This document shows, one piece after another, positions 1-10,705 of a stretch of DNA of 38,767 nucleotides (the first letter of the stretch is position 1; each line of letters opens with the position of its first letter). The stretch covers positions 1 to 38,767 of the forward strand of contig JAUNIW010000006.1 of the NCBI GenBank assembly GCA_030523245.1, read 5' to 3'. The position numbers were made by a program, and so were the translations under genes. The stretch is from Pseudomonadota bacterium (GTDB lineage Bacteria > Pseudomonadota > Alphaproteobacteria > RF32 > CAG-239). The notes below the pieces were generated by a model, which was not told the origin of the DNA, made no database searches, and worked only from the letters and a program-made list of their open reading frames with translations.

Positions 1-190
1 GAATCATTCCCAAACTAAAAAACTTCTTCTTCATAAAAAATAAAAATTAAATGACACAAAAATTTATATCTGTTTTTTTTATAGCCTGAAATTATATTTT
101 TGTCAATAATATTTGTGATACGGCCTTTTTCCGATAAAAGAACAAAAAACGATTTTTTAGACGAATGGGATATTTAAGGCGGTTTGTTTC

Positions 191-218
191 TTGACAAAAA
201 AAATAAAATGTGTAAAAA
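191..218 (+). promoter_or_regulatory. Putative sigma70 promoter for the 256..1086 gene
   Basis: TTGACA at 191-196, 16-nt spacer, weak -10 TAAAAA at 213-218 in AT-rich DNA. Confidence 0.45.
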
Positions 219-255
219 TAAAGCATATTCAAATTATTAACTAAAAATTACTATT

Positions 256-1086
256 ATGAGTTTTCCTAAATTTTTGGCTGATATCAACCGGACCATACCG
301 CTTGGTCAGCAAAGGGTTTTTATCGAAAGAGTTAACGGCAGAATGTTTATAAAGACAAATATTCTTGCCGGTGATTTTCTTTTGGCGGACGGCAGTTATT
401 CCGCTTCTTCCGTTTTTCATCAGGAACGTGGTATTTTTATCGGCAAGGACGATAAGTTTATCGAAATTTCTTCCATTTCGGGAGAAGTGTTCAGTCGTGA
501 AGATGCAAGGAACTGGTGCGAACAGAACCGGATAATTTTACCGTCAAAGGCAGATTTGCAGGCTATTGATATCAAGACTGCAGCCGCTATCAATAACAGT
601 TTGCGGTGTATCGGATTGGGTCATCTCGGCCTGTTAAATGGTGCAGTGACTGATTTTTGGTCACAGGAAAGTATTGCCGATGAAAGATGTGTCGTCCGGC
701 GCCGTATTATGGTTATAAAACAGGCGGTTCATCTGAATAAGCCCGATTTTTCAAAGCTGGACGGTCTTGTCGGCAAAATGAAAGTTCATGTGCCGGATGT
801 ATTTGCGGTTCATCGTTATGAAGAGGATTCCCGTCTTTACGATGAAGAAAGTTTTTGGGTACTGCAACGTGTATTCGGTGACTGCTGTCAGGTTTTACCC
901 GTCCGGTTGGAAAGCAGGGGCTCCATTTATCTGGAGTGTCCTTATCTGGTCATAGAGAATCCTGTCGGTGGTGTTTATTGCGATGGCGGTGTGAATTATG
1001 TGCCTACTCATAAGGATTATTTCCAGCGCCATTCTTTTGGTCTTTATGTCAAAGTGAGTGAAGATAACGGCCGACGTCCGGTTTAG
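256..1086 (+). CDS. Hypothetical protein; central segment weakly resembles a DUF1566/Lcl-type motif
   Basis: 276-aa ORF between a promoter-like site and a terminator; segment EDARNWC...LPSKADL...FWSQ. Confidence 0.7.
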   Translation: MSFPKFLADINRTIPLGQQRVFIERVNGRMFIKTNILAGDFLLADGSYSASSVFHQERGIFIGKDDKFIEISSISGEVFSREDARNWCEQNRIILPSKADLQAIDIKTAAAINNSLRCIGLGHLGLLNGAVTDFWSQESIADERCVVRRRIMVIKQAVHLNKPDFSKLDGLVGKMKVHVPDVFAVHRYEEDSRLYDEESFWVLQRVFGDCCQVLPVRLESRGSIYLECPYLVIENPVGGVYCDGGVNYVPTHKDYFQRHSFGLYVKVSEDNGRRPV

Positions 1087-1094
1087 GTTTAATT

Positions 1095-1130
1095 AAAAAA
1101 CAGCCTCCTTTTATCAGGGGCTGTTTTTTT
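1095..1130 (+). terminator. Intrinsic terminator, possibly bidirectional
   Basis: AAAAAACAGCCTCCT-tttatc-AGGGGGCTGTTTTTTT. Confidence 0.85.
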
Positions 1131-1232
1131 GTTACGGTTTTGAAATCAAACGTAAATGTATTGTATATAATAATATCTTTTTGGTTGCAAATAGTATTTA
1201 ATTAGTTTATATTATTCTTAAATACAACTTAA

Positions 1233-1535
1233 GTGGAGAAAATGATGACTATTTTGTTAAATCGGGTTATCTCAGTCTGTGAACGCAAAACGAGTATGCG
1301 TCTGGCAAAGTCAGAATGGTATATTCTGGATAGAATTTGTGTTCGTGAAAATTTAAGACGGAACCAATTATTACAGCTTATTGACCAGCACAGAGATAAA
1401 AATATCGGTTTAACACCGGCTGTCCGGCTTTTTTCATTGTTATACCTTCATGATTTGGCGCGGCGTAATCTTAATTATTCGTATGCACCGGATAACAGCA
1501 CAATCAGTGAAGCGCTTAAAGAAATGTCATTTTAA
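1233..1535 (+). CDS. Ribbon-helix-helix domain protein (alphaproteobacterial RHH_4-like)
   Basis: RKTSMRL..EW..L..IC.RE...LTPAVRLF.L.Y pattern; start may be an ATG at 1242 or 1245. Confidence 0.75.
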   Translation: MEKMMTILLNRVISVCERKTSMRLAKSEWYILDRICVRENLRRNQLLQLIDQHRDKNIGLTPAVRLFSLLYLHDLARRNLNYSYAPDNSTISEALKEMSF

Positions 1536-1538
1536 TTT

Positions 1539-2297
1539 TTATATTCTTTGATATTCAAAAAATACGGGTCTGCGCCCTTCTTTCACGGCTTTTCTCTGAT
1601 ATTTTGTTTCAAACCAGTCTGCCGGCGGATTACGCCAGTCATCAGAACATTTTGCCGTCCAGATAAAATCTTTATTCTGAGCCATTGTATGCAAAACCCA
1701 GCTTTTATATACGGGGTGGTCGGTTGCAATTTGCAAAATGCCGCCTTTTTTCAGCAGTCTTGCCAGCTCGGTCAGATTATGAGGGTTTACAAAACGTCTG
1801 TCGGCATGTTTTTTCTTTGGCCACGGGTCAGGGAATAACAGGTAAATTTTATCAAAACAGGCATCAGGTAAAGAGGCAAACAACAGTCTTACATCGTCAT
1901 CATAAATCCGGATATTGTCTGTCCGTCCCTTTTCCAGAACAATTTCCTGCGACAGATTTTCTGCATCACCGTCTTTAAGTCCGGTCATCAGAGAGAGCAG
2001 GTTTGCTACGCCGTTTTTGTAAACCTCGACACCGATAAAGCCCGTATCAGGACGGCTTTGGGCCAGAGCAGCCAAGTGTGCGCCGTCACCAAAGCCGATT
2101 TCCAGAGCATAGCGTCTTATCTCCGGTCGGGTAAAACAGGAAGGTAAAAAAAGTCCGGCGGTTGGTTCTATACGCACCTTGGGCAAAAAATTATCCAAAA
2201 GAAAACTTTTTGCCTTGCGGATTGTTCTGCCTTTGCGCCGGCCGAAAAACTTTGGTTTTTCGTCTTGGGCTGTCGGATTATTAGAATCTGGCGTCAT
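1539..2297 (-). CDS. trmB: tRNA (guanine-N7)-methyltransferase
   Basis: LEIGFGDG, GVEVY, FPDPWPKKKH, ATD and TKY motifs. Confidence 0.97.
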   Translation of the reverse strand: MTPDSNNPTAQDEKPKFFGRRKGRTIRKAKSFLLDNFLPKVRIEPTAGLFLPSCFTRPEIRRYALEIGFGDGAHLAALAQSRPDTGFIGVEVYKNGVANLLSLMTGLKDGDAENLSQEIVLEKGRTDNIRIYDDDVRLLFASLPDACFDKIYLLFPDPWPKKKHADRRFVNPHNLTELARLLKKGGILQIATDHPVYKSWVLHTMAQNKDFIWTAKCSDDWRNPPADWFETKYQRKAVKEGRRPVFFEYQRI

Positions 2298-2793
2298 CAG
2301 TATCTTTTTCCGCCACAGCCAGATTGCTGTTAGATTTGGACAGAGCCACCATCAGATTAAACAGATTTCTGGCAATGGAACGATTAGGGATTTTATAATA
2401 AGCGCGAACCAGTTCAAGCGTTTCTTTTCTTTTCATCGGGTCATCATCAAATGAGCGGTGTTCTTCTTCAAAGAAATAATTTTTCTCATCTTGATTTTTG
2501 TTGAGCATCCGCGGACTGTTTCTGACAACATTTTCATCCATGTCTTCAAAAAAGAAGCCCATCGGTACTTCCAGAACACGACTGATATCCCACAGTCTGC
2601 TTGCGCCGACACGGTTCATGCCTTTTTCATATTTTTGAATCTGTTGGAAGGTCAGTCCTAACATTTCAGCCATTTGCTGCTGGGTAATATGCAAAATTGT
2701 ACGGCGTAAGCGAATTCTGTTGCCGACATGCACATCAACCGGATTTGGCTCGTTATCATTAACTCTGCCTCTAAGAGATTTCGTTTCTTTCAT
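2281..2793 (-). CDS. XRE-family HTH transcriptional regulator (PhrR/PraR-like alphaproteobacterial family)
   Basis: DVHVGNRIRLRR...GLTFQQIQKYEKGMNRVGASRL...FF; overlaps the trmB start by 17 nt. Confidence 0.9.
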   Translation of the reverse strand: MKETKSLRGRVNDNEPNPVDVHVGNRIRLRRTILHITQQQMAEMLGLTFQQIQKYEKGMNRVGASRLWDISRVLEVPMGFFFEDMDENVVRNSPRMLNKNQDEKNYFFEEEHRSFDDDPMKRKETLELVRAYYKIPNRSIARNLFNLMVALSKSNSNLAVAEKDTDDARF

Positions 2794-3085
2794 TTTTATA
2801 CCTCAAAAATCAAACATACACTAATTCATATAGAATCAACAAGGAAGTTTGTCAAACATTAAATAACAAAATAGTGGGAAAACACAACTATTTATTTAAA
2901 TAACAGTATCATTCGTAATATAACGGAATGTATCGTAACGTCCCCTTTTTAGTGTAAAACTATGGTAAAAGAACAATAGATTTATAACATGATTCCGGAT
3001 AAATTTCAAACAGAATTTATTTCTTGAGTTTTTGATAAAATTGCTGTATCAGAAATATAGAACTCTATAGATTAAGGATAAAAAA

Positions 3086-3388
3086 ATGAAAAGAATCGGT
3101 TTGTTGGCAGTGTTGTTGTTTTTGGGTGCCTGTTCGGATGTGTCCCGATATACAACTGTTTCGCCCAATGCTTCGGTCAGACAGAAAATGCAGGCCTGTA
3201 TGATCAGCGAGGCCAACAGCCGTCTGCAGTCCGGAACTTTGTTTGCCAATACGGTCAGGGCAACTGCGGAAGATATCACCAATACCTGTCTTAAAAAGCT
3301 GGCACTTCAGGCGGCGGGTATCAGTGAAGAATCCCAATCGGCAGCCGAAAATATTATCAATAATCTTAGAGCGCTCAAAAATAACTGA
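3086..3388 (+). CDS. Hypothetical lipoprotein
   Basis: SD AAGGA; signal peptide MKRIGLLAVLLF-LGAC lipobox; two further Cys. Confidence 0.8.
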   Translation: MKRIGLLAVLLFLGACSDVSRYTTVSPNASVRQKMQACMISEANSRLQSGTLFANTVRATAEDITNTCLKKLALQAAGISEESQSAAENIINNLRALKNN

Positions 3389-3444
3389 ATAAATTATTAA
3401 ATATAAAAAAATTCAGAGGATTGCATTTTTCTGCAAATTAGGGT

Positions 3445-3472
3445 TTGACAACTGAAAAAATGTTGTTATGAT
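3445..3472 (+). promoter_or_regulatory. Sigma70 promoter of the tRNA pair
   Basis: TTGACA (3445-50), 16 nt, extended -10 TG-t-TATGAT (3467-72). Confidence 0.8.
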
Positions 3473-3485
3473 GCAACTGTATTTT

Positions 3486-3560
3486 AGTTCCGTGGTGAAA
3501 CGGTTATCACGTATCCTTGACATGGATGAGTCTGCAGTTCAACTCTGCGCGGAACTACCA
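3486..3560 (+). tRNA. tRNA-Val(GAC)
   Basis: Cloverleaf: AGTTCCG/CGGAACT acceptor, GTGA/TCAC D stem, TATCC-TTGACAT-GGATG anticodon arm, TGCAG-TTCAACT-CTGCG T arm, A73, encoded CCA. Confidence 0.93.
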
Positions 3561-3590
3561 CTTTTTAACCGGCCGCTATGGTATTTTTTC

Positions 3591-3665
3591 AGTTCTGTGG
3601 TGAAACGGTTATCACATATCCTTCACATGGATGGGTCGGCAGTTCAACTCTGCCCGGAACTACCA
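3591..3665 (+). tRNA. tRNA-Val(CAC)
   Basis: Same cloverleaf; anticodon loop TTCACAT; T arm GGCAG-TTCAACT-CTGCC; ACCA end. Confidence 0.93.
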
Positions 3666-3692
3666 TAACAAATATCGGATTCATGAAATAAG

Positions 3693-3728
3693 CGCCAGAT
3701 AAAGTCGTTATCGGCGATTTTGTTTTTT
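3693..3728 (+). terminator. Probable terminator of the tRNA operon
   Basis: CGCC(A)GATAA-agtcg-TTATCGGCG followed by ATTTTGTTTTTT. Confidence 0.65.
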
Positions 3729-3819
3729 AAATGGTTTCAGAATTATAAGTTTAATTTAGACTCGGAATAGACTCAATTCGGATTTCTGTCATTTTTTTTA
3801 AAAAATGTGTATTTTTTGC

Positions 3820-3848
3820 TTGCAATGCCGGATGTGTTGTGATATAAG
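3820..3848 (+). promoter_or_regulatory. Promoter of the S10 operon
   Basis: TTGCAA (3820-25), 17 nt, TATAAG (3843-48). Confidence 0.7.
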
Positions 3849-4009
3849 CACGCTACAACAATTGTTTTGAGGGGGTTGCCCCGCAGCGAAGCAAATATAA
3901 AATATAGCGCAAACCTTTGTTGCGAAAGCGTTTGCAAAATTTAACAAGTTTAGATGGCAGATAACCATAATGGTGTTTTTTGCCGTTTAGTTATAGGAAA
4001 AGTATTAAA

Positions 4010-4318
4010 ATGGATACACAAAACATTAGAATCCGCTTGAAAGCTTTTGACCACAGATTGCTTGATCTCTCTACAGCAGAAATCGTGCATACTGCCAAAA
4101 GAACAGGCGCAAGTGTCAGAGGACCTATTCCTCTGCCTAACAAAATCGAGAAGTTTACGGTAAACCGCTCTCCGCACGTTGATAAAAAATCTCGTGAACA
4201 GTTTGAGATACGTACCCATAAAAGACTTCTGGATATCGTAGATCCGACACCGCAAACAGTTGATGCTTTAATGAAGCTGGATTTGGCTGCCGGTGTTAAT
4301 GTTGAAATTAAGTTGTAA
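4010..4318 (+). CDS. rpsJ: 30S ribosomal protein S10
   Basis: [34 protein letters not shown]; ATG 4010 follows AGGA. Confidence 0.98.
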   Translation: MDTQNIRIRLKAFDHRLLDLSTAEIVHTAKRTGASVRGPIPLPNKIEKFTVNRSPHVDKKSREQFEIRTHKRLLDIVDPTPQTVDALMKLDLAAGVNVEIKL

Positions 4319-4378
4319 TTTAATGTTGGCGCTTTGAAATAAAAGTTGTCAACCTATTAAGAAAAGGAAAAAATAATA

Positions 4379-5098
4379 ATGCGTACGGGTCTAATCGCAA
4401 AAAAATTAGGAATGTCCCGCATTTTCGAAGCAGACGGAACACATGTTCCCGTAACTGTTTTGAGTGTAGACGGTCTTCAGGTTGTTAATGTAAAAACAGC
4501 CGAGAAAGACGGCTACAATGCCGTTCAGCTTGGTACAGGCGCTATCAAAGCCAAAAACGTAACCAAGCCAATGAAAGGATATTTTGCAAAAGCAAAAGTT
4601 GAACCGAAGAAAAAACTGGGCGAGTTCAGAGTTTCTGCTGAATGCCTGCTTTCCGTCGGTGATGAATTATCTGTAGAACATTTTGTTCCGGGGCAATATG
4701 TTGATGTTTGCGCAACATCTATCGGTAAAGGTTTTGCCGGTGTTATGAAACGTCATAATTTTGCCGGTTTGGAAGCATCTCACGGTGTGTCTATTTCTCA
4801 CCGTTCTCATGGTTCTACAGGACAAAGACAAGATCCGGGTAAAGTTTTCAAAGGTAAAAAAATGGCCGGCCATCTGGGTGCCGAACGCGTTACCGTTCAA
4901 AACCTGAAAGTTGTTGCCATTGATGCCGCAAAAGGCCTGATTATGGTTAAAGGTGGTGTTCCTGGTTGTGAAAACGCTTGGGTAAGAGTTACGGATGCCG
5001 TTAAAAAACCGGCTAATGCCTCTGTCCCGATGCCTGCAGGATTGAAAAAAGTTGATGAACCTGTTGCAGCGGCTGAAGCTCCAGCTGAAAATGCATAG
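4379..5098 (+). CDS. rplC: 50S ribosomal protein L3
   Basis: [38 protein letters not shown]. Confidence 0.98.
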   Translation: MRTGLIAKKLGMSRIFEADGTHVPVTVLSVDGLQVVNVKTAEKDGYNAVQLGTGAIKAKNVTKPMKGYFAKAKVEPKKKLGEFRVSAECLLSVGDELSVEHFVPGQYVDVCATSIGKGFAGVMKRHNFAGLEASHGVSISHRSHGSTGQRQDPGKVFKGKKMAGHLGAERVTVQNLKVVAIDAAKGLIMVKGGVPGCENAWVRVTDAVKKPANASVPMPAGLKKVDEPVAAAEAPAENA

Positions 5099-5118
5099 TG
5101 AAGTGTAAGGAAAATAAA

Positions 5119-5742
5119 ATGAAACAGGACATCTTAAATTTAGAAAATAAAAATGTCGGCTCAATTGAACTGAATGATGCTATTTACGGTCTGGAAGTTC
5201 GCGCTGATATTTTACAACGCGTTGTAAACTGGCAGTTGGCCAGACTGCAAAGCGGTAATCACCAAACTAAGGGTCGTTCGGATGTTGCTTTGACAGCCGC
5301 CAAACCTTTTAAGCAAAAAGGTTCCGGCAATGCCCGTCAGGGTTCCCGTAAAGGCGCTCAGTTCAGAAAAGGTGGTGTTGTATTTGGTCCGGTTGTAAGA
5401 GATCATTCTTTTGACCTGACTAAAAAATTCAGAAAACTTGGTCTGAAAACTGCTTTGTCTGCAAAAGCAAAAGCAGGAAACCTTGTTGTTATTGACGAAG
5501 CAAAGCTGTCAGCTCCAAAGACAAAAGATTTACAAGCTAAATTGAATGCTTGCGGTCTGACAAACTGCCTCTTCATTGACGGCAAAGAAGTAGATGTTAA
5601 TTTTGCATTGGCCAGCCGTAATATCGCAGGTGTTGACATTCTGCCGACAATCGGTGCCAACGTTTATGACATCTTAAAAAAGGACAAATTGGTGTTAACA
5701 AAAGATGCAGTAAGTTGCTTAGAGGAGAGATTAAATGGTTAA
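5119..5742 (+). CDS. rplD: 50S ribosomal protein L4
   Basis: [22 protein letters not shown]; ATG 5119 after AAGGA. Confidence 0.97.
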   Translation: MKQDILNLENKNVGSIELNDAIYGLEVRADILQRVVNWQLARLQSGNHQTKGRSDVALTAAKPFKQKGSGNARQGSRKGAQFRKGGVVFGPVVRDHSFDLTKKFRKLGLKTALSAKAKAGNLVVIDEAKLSAPKTKDLQAKLNACGLTNCLFIDGKEVDVNFALASRNIAGVDILPTIGANVYDILKKDKLVLTKDAVSCLEERLNG

Positions 5743-6049
5743 GAGCAAATCAAACAATGTAACTGCAGCCATGTATGATACATTGGTTCGTCCGGTAATT
5801 ACCGAAAAATCTATGATTTCTTCGGAAGCTGGAAAAGTGGTATTTATTGTGCCTTTATCAGCTACGAAAGATGACGTTAAAGCCGCTGTTGAAGCCATCT
5901 TTAATGTTAAAGTTAATAAGGTAAATACAATTAAACAATTCGGTAAAGTAAAAACCTTTAGAGGACATCAGGGCGTTCGTTCTGATTTCAAAAAGGCCAT
6001 TGTTACGCTTGCCGACGGTCAAAACATTGATGTTACTACAGGAATTTAG
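5735..6049 (+). CDS. rplW: 50S ribosomal protein L23
   Basis: PVITEKS, KKAIVTL; operon position. Confidence 0.97.
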   Translation: MVKSKSNNVTAAMYDTLVRPVITEKSMISSEAGKVVFIVPLSATKDDVKAAVEAIFNVKVNKVNTIKQFGKVKTFRGHQGVRSDFKKAIVTLADGQNIDVTTGI

Positions 6050-6051
6050 TC

Positions 6052-6885
6052 ATGGCTTTGAATACATTTAAGCCCACTTCTGCAGGTCGCCGCCAACTTG
6101 TACTCGTTGATAAAAGCGAGTTATATAAGGGCAAACCTGAGAAAAGTTTAACGAAAGGTCTGAATAAGACCGGTGGGCGTGATAACTTTGGTCACGTTAC
6201 TAGTCGTCGTATCGGTGGCGGTCACAAACGCAGCTATCGTATGATTGACTTCAAACGTAATAAATTTGATTGTGAGGCTGTTGTCGAGAGAATCGAATAT
6301 GATCCAAACCGCACTGCTTTTATCGCGTTGGTAAATTACAATGATGGTGAAAAGGCTTATATTCTGGCTCCGCAACGTTTGAAAGCCGGCGATAAAATCA
6401 TTTCTGCCGAAAAAGCAGATATTAAGCCGGGTAATGCTATGCCTCTGAAGAATATGCCGGTCGGTACAATCGTGCACAACGTTGAACTGCGTTCTGGCAA
6501 AGGCGGACAGCTTGTTCGTTCTGCCGGTTGCTATGCTCAGGTTGTCGGTAAAGATGCCGGTTATGTTCAATTGAAACTAAACTCTGGCGAATTAAGAATC
6601 GTTCGTGAAGAATGTTTGGCAACCGTTGGTGCGGTTTCCAATCCGGATAATCAGAACGTTTCCCTCAGTAAAGCCGGTCGCGCTCGCTGGATGGGTATGA
6701 GACCTGTTTCCCGCGGTGTTGCAATGAACCCGGTTGATCACCCGCTCGGTGGTGGTGAAGGCAGAACTTCAGGTGGCCGTCATCCGGTTACACCTTGGGG
6801 TAAACCGACTAAGGGCGCTAAGACTCGTTCTAACAAGAAGACGGATCGCTTTATTATGAGATCTCGTCATGATAACAAAAATTAA
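6052..6885 (+). CDS. rplB: 50S ribosomal protein L2
   Basis: [30 protein letters not shown]. Confidence 0.99.
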   Translation: MALNTFKPTSAGRRQLVLVDKSELYKGKPEKSLTKGLNKTGGRDNFGHVTSRRIGGGHKRSYRMIDFKRNKFDCEAVVERIEYDPNRTAFIALVNYNDGEKAYILAPQRLKAGDKIISAEKADIKPGNAMPLKNMPVGTIVHNVELRSGKGGQLVRSAGCYAQVVGKDAGYVQLKLNSGELRIVREECLATVGAVSNPDNQNVSLSKAGRARWMGMRPVSRGVAMNPVDHPLGGGEGRTSGGRHPVTPWGKPTKGAKTRSNKKTDRFIMRSRHDNKN

Positions 6886-6900
6886 TAAGGAGAAATGCTA

Positions 6901-7185
6901 ATGACACGTTCCGTATGGAAAGGACCTTTTGTTGATGGCTATCTTCTGAAGAAAGCTGATGCAGCCAGAGCTTCCAGCCGTAATGAAGTAATTAAAATTT
7001 GGTCCCGCCGTTCTACTATGTTGCCGCAGTTTGTCGGTTTGACATTCGGCGTGCATAATGGCCACAAATTTATTCCGGTTCTGGTAACTGAAGATATGGT
7101 TGGTCACAAATTCGGTGAATTTGCGCCGACACGTACTTTCTATGGTCACACTAAAGCTGCTGATTCTACAGCGAAGAGAGGTTAA
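6901..7185 (+). CDS. rpsS: 30S ribosomal protein S19
   Basis: [23 protein letters not shown]; SD AAGGAG favours ATG 6901. Confidence 0.97.
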   Translation: MTRSVWKGPFVDGYLLKKADAARASSRNEVIKIWSRRSTMLPQFVGLTFGVHNGHKFIPVLVTEDMVGHKFGEFAPTRTFYGHTKAADSTAKRG

Positions 7186-7187
7186 TT

Positions 7188-7544
7188 ATGGCTAAGTTGA
7201 ATGAAAAGAAAGCTATGGCTGTTTGCCGCTCTATTCGTACCAGTCCGCGTAAATTGAACTTGGTTGCTCAATCTATCCGTGGTTTGGGTGTTGAAAAAGC
7301 TGTTGCAGAATTAAGCTTTTCCAAGAAGAGAATCGCAAAAATTGCATTGGTTTTGCTGCAATCTGCAATTTCCAATGCCGAAAATAATCATAATTTAAAC
7401 ATCGACAAGCTCGTTGTCAGCGAAGCTTATGTCGGTAAAGGTATTGTAATGAAACGTATGAGTGCACGCGGTCGCGGCAGAGGCGCCAGAATTCTGAAGC
7501 CGTTCTCAAGCATGACCGTTGTTGTTGCAGAGCGTGGGGAGTAA
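7188..7544 (+). CDS. rplV: 50S ribosomal protein L22
   Basis: [29 protein letters not shown]. Confidence 0.97.
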   Translation: MAKLNEKKAMAVCRSIRTSPRKLNLVAQSIRGLGVEKAVAELSFSKKRIAKIALVLLQSAISNAENNHNLNIDKLVVSEAYVGKGIVMKRMSARGRGRGARILKPFSSMTVVVAERGE

Positions 7545-7548
7545 ACAG

Positions 7549-8217
7549 ATGGGACAGAAAGTAAATCCTACAAGTCTTCGTTTGGGCGTTAACCGCACTT
7601 GGGACTCTCGTTGGTATGCTGATGAAAAGTTTACCGACTATCTCCACGAAGATCTGAAAATTCAAAAATTCCTGAGTGAAAAATTGGCTCAGGCCGGTAT
7701 CAGCCGTATTGTTATCGAACGTCCGGCTAAAAAGGCAAGAGTTACTATTCATTCAGCAAGACCGGGTGTTGTAATTGGCAAAAAGGGTCAGGATATTGAA
7801 AATTTGAGAAAAGATATTCAAAAATTGACTGATTCCGAAGTTCAGTTGAACATCATTGAAGTTAGAAAACCTGAGCTTGATGCGAAGTTGGTTGCCGACT
7901 CGGTTGCTCAGCAGTTGGAACGTCGTGTTTCCTTCCGCCGTGCTATGAAAAGAGTTATGCAGTCTGCTCTTCGTCTGGGTGCAGAAGGTATCAAAGTTTG
8001 CTGCAGTGGTCGTCTGGGCGGTGCCGAAATCGCCAGAACCGAACACTACCGTGAAGGTCGCGTGCCTTTGCACACACTTCGTGCGGACATTGATTATGCA
8101 ACCTCTACAGCTCATACCACTTATGGTGCTTGCGGCGTAAAAGTTTGGATTTATAAAGGCGAAATTATGAGCCACGATCCAATGGCGCAGGACAAAAAGC
8201 TGGCTGAACAAAAATAA
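7549..8217 (+). CDS. rpsC: 30S ribosomal protein S3
   Basis: [31 protein letters not shown]. Confidence 0.98.
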   Translation: MGQKVNPTSLRLGVNRTWDSRWYADEKFTDYLHEDLKIQKFLSEKLAQAGISRIVIERPAKKARVTIHSARPGVVIGKKGQDIENLRKDIQKLTDSEVQLNIIEVRKPELDAKLVADSVAQQLERRVSFRRAMKRVMQSALRLGAEGIKVCCSGRLGGAEIARTEHYREGRVPLHTLRADIDYATSTAHTTYGACGVKVWIYKGEIMSHDPMAQDKKLAEQK

Positions 8218-8237
8218 TAACATGAGGTTAGAATAAA

Positions 8238-8672
8238 ATGTTAAGTCCAAAACGTTTAAAGTTCCACAAACAGCATAAAGGCCGTATTCACGGTCTGGCC
8301 AAAGGTGGATCAGAATTAAGTTTCGGTTCATATGGATTGAAAGCTCTTACACCTGAACGTGTAACTGCCCGCCAGATTGAAGCTGCGCGTCGTGCTATTA
8401 CCCGTGAAATGAAAAGAGCAGGAAGAGTATGGATTAGAATTTTCCCAGATGTTCCGGTGTCTGACAAACCAGCCGAAGTTCGTATGGGTAAAGGTAAAGG
8501 TGCTATCGAATTTTGGGTAGCAAGAGTTAAACCGGGCCGTATTATGTTTGAAATCGGCGGCGTTCCTGAAGAAGTAGCCCGTAAGGCTTTTGAATTGGGT
8601 GCTGCAAAATTGCCGGTAAAGAGCAAATTCGTGAAGCGTTTGAACTCTGATGCTGTAGAAGGAGAAGCATAA
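8238..8672 (+). CDS. rplP: 50S ribosomal protein L16
   Basis: [22 protein letters not shown]. Confidence 0.98.
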   Translation: MLSPKRLKFHKQHKGRIHGLAKGGSELSFGSYGLKALTPERVTARQIEAARRAITREMKRAGRVWIRIFPDVPVSDKPAEVRMGKGKGAIEFWVARVKPGRIMFEIGGVPEEVARKAFELGAAKLPVKSKFVKRLNSDAVEGEA

Positions 8673-8869
8673 TGGTTAAAACTAAAGATTTACGCGCTAT
8701 GACTAATGATCAGTTGGAAGAAAAATTGATTGCCGATAAAAAAGAACAGTTCAATTTGAGAATCCAACAGTCAACAGGCCAACTGAAAGATATTTCTAAT
8801 ATGAAGAAAGTTCGCCGTGAAGTAGCAAAAATCAACACGCTCCTTGCCGAGCGCAAGAAGAATAGTTAG
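8672..8869 (+). CDS. rpmC: 50S ribosomal protein L29
   Basis: [24 protein letters not shown]; position. Confidence 0.95.
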   Translation: MVKTKDLRAMTNDQLEEKLIADKKEQFNLRIQQSTGQLKDISNMKKVRREVAKINTLLAERKKNS

Positions 8870-8879
8870 GAGAAAGAAT

Positions 8880-9116
8880 ATGCCTAAGAGAATTCTTCAA
8901 GGTGTTGTTGTAAGTGATAAACAGGACAAAACTGTCGTTGTCAGTGTTGAACGTCAGGTTATGCATCCGGTTTATAAGAAAATCGTGAAAAAAAGTAAAA
9001 AGTTTGCTGCTCACGATGAAAACAATCAGTGCAAGGTTGGTGATAGAGTGTCCATTCAAGAATGCCGCCCTATTTCCAAAAATAAATCTTGGACTGTCAT
9101 TTCTGATAACGCCTAA
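8880..9116 (+). CDS. rpsQ: 30S ribosomal protein S17
   Basis: [25 protein letters not shown]. Confidence 0.97.
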   Translation: MPKRILQGVVVSDKQDKTVVVSVERQVMHPVYKKIVKKSKKFAAHDENNQCKVGDRVSIQECRPISKNKSWTVISDNA

Positions 9117-9135
9117 TAAATGAAGGAATAAAAAA

Positions 9136-9504
9136 ATGATACAAATGCAAACCAACCTAGATGTTGCTGATAATTCTGGAGCACGCCAGGTGCAGTGCAT
9201 AAAGGTTCTTGGTGGTTCCAAGAGAATGACTGCCTCTGTCGGTGATGTTATCGTTGTCGCAGTACAAGATGCTTTGCCGAAAGGGCACGTTAAAAAAGGT
9301 GATGTACATAAGGCCGTTATCGTAAGAACAGCCAGTGACATCAGACGTAAAGACGGTAGTGTTATCCGTTTTGACAGCAATGCAGCCGTTCTGATTAACA
9401 AAGACGGTGAACCAATCGGTACACGTATCTTTGGTCCTGTAACCAGAGAGCTGCGCGCTAAAAAATTTATGAAAATCATTTCATTAGCACCGGAGGTATT
9501 GTAG
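9136..9504 (+). CDS. rplN: 50S ribosomal protein L14
   Basis: [27 protein letters not shown]. Confidence 0.99.
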   Translation: MIQMQTNLDVADNSGARQVQCIKVLGGSKRMTASVGDVIVVAVQDALPKGHVKKGDVHKAVIVRTASDIRRKDGSVIRFDSNAAVLINKDGEPIGTRIFGPVTRELRAKKFMKIISLAPEVL

Positions 9505-9505
9505 T

Positions 9506-9814
9506 ATGCCTAAAATGAAAATTAAGAAAAACGATACAGTTATTGTTCTGTCGGGTGACGATAAAGGCAAAATCGGTGTCGTAAAACAAGCAATGCCTAA
9601 GGAAAACAAGGTTATTGTCGAAGGCGTTAATTTAGTTAAACGTCACACAAAACCTTCTGATAAAAATCCGGGCGGGATTGTAACAAAAGAGGCTGCCATC
9701 AACGTATCTAACGTTGCTATTGCCAAAGACGGCAAAGCAACAAAAGTCGGATACAAAGTCGTTGACGGCAAAAAAGTACGTTTTGCACGTAAATCCGGTG
9801 ACGTAATCGATTAA
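9506..9814 (+). CDS. rplX: 50S ribosomal protein L24
   Basis: KOW motif [25 protein letters not shown]. Confidence 0.97.
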   Translation: MPKMKIKKNDTVIVLSGDDKGKIGVVKQAMPKENKVIVEGVNLVKRHTKPSDKNPGGIVTKEAAINVSNVAIAKDGKATKVGYKVVDGKKVRFARKSGDVID

Positions 9815-9828
9815 TAGGGGAAAATTTT

Positions 9829-10368
9829 ATGGCAAATTTTGAAACATTATATAACGACGTCATAAAGAAATCTCTTGTGGAAAAATTCGGTTACAAGAAC
9901 CCACATGAGATTCCAAAGCTGACAAAAATCGTTTTGAATATGGGTATCGGCGATGCCGTTACCGATAAGAAAAAAGTAACGACCGCTATGGAAGAGTTGG
10001 CTTTGATTGCCGGACAACAGCCGGTTATGACTAAAGCCCGCAAGTCTATTGCTACCTTCAAATTGCGTGAAGGTATGCCGATTGGCTGCAAAGTTACACT
10101 GCGTTCCGAAAAAATGTATGAATTTTTGGAAAGACTGGTTAATATGGCCTTGCCGCGAATCAGAGACTTCCACGGAATTACGGGTAAGAACTTCGATGGC
10201 AGAGGAAACTTCGCTTTCGGTATTAAAGAACAGATAATCTTTCCTGAAATCAACTATGAAAAAGTTGATGAAATCAGAGGATTGGATGTTGTTATTTGTA
10301 CAACAGCTAAGACAGATGAAGAAGCTAAATTTTTGCTGACTTCATTCAACCTGCCTTACAAGAAATAA
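9829..10368 (+). CDS. rplE: 50S ribosomal protein L5
   Basis: [31 protein letters not shown]. Confidence 0.98.
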   Translation: MANFETLYNDVIKKSLVEKFGYKNPHEIPKLTKIVLNMGIGDAVTDKKKVTTAMEELALIAGQQPVMTKARKSIATFKLREGMPIGCKVTLRSEKMYEFLERLVNMALPRIRDFHGITGKNFDGRGNFAFGIKEQIIFPEINYEKVDEIRGLDVVICTTAKTDEEAKFLLTSFNLPYKK

Positions 10369-10382
10369 GCGGAGATTTTACT

Positions 10383-10688
10383 ATGTCAAAAACAAGTTCG
10401 GTTTACAGAAACTTGAAAAGAGTAAAGATGGCTGAGAAGTATGCTAATCGCCGTCAAAAACAAAAAGCAATTGCGATGGATAAAAATGCTTCTCCGGAAG
10501 AAAGAATGCAGGCGCAGTTTGCTTTGCAAAAATTTCCTAAGAATTCTGCCAGATGCCGTATCAGAAATCGTTGCAGAATTACGGGACGTTCACGCAGTTA
10601 TTACAGAAAATTTGGCCTGAGCCGTGTTGAATTGAGAGATTTGGCAAGCTTTGGTAAAATTCCTGGTTTAGTAAAATCAAGTTGGTAA
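10383..10688 (+). CDS. rpsN: 30S ribosomal protein S14 (long form, no zinc ribbon)
   Basis: [19 protein letters not shown]; 101 aa. Confidence 0.97.
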   Translation: MSKTSSVYRNLKRVKMAEKYANRRQKQKAIAMDKNASPEERMQAQFALQKFPKNSARCRIRNRCRITGRSRSYYRKFGLSRVELRDLASFGKIPGLVKSSW

Positions 10689-10705
10689 GAAGGGAGAATG
10701 ATATC

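Noticed and set aside
3468-3668. 66-aa ORF with an internal repeat
   Set aside because: It is the translation of the two tandem tRNA-Val genes.
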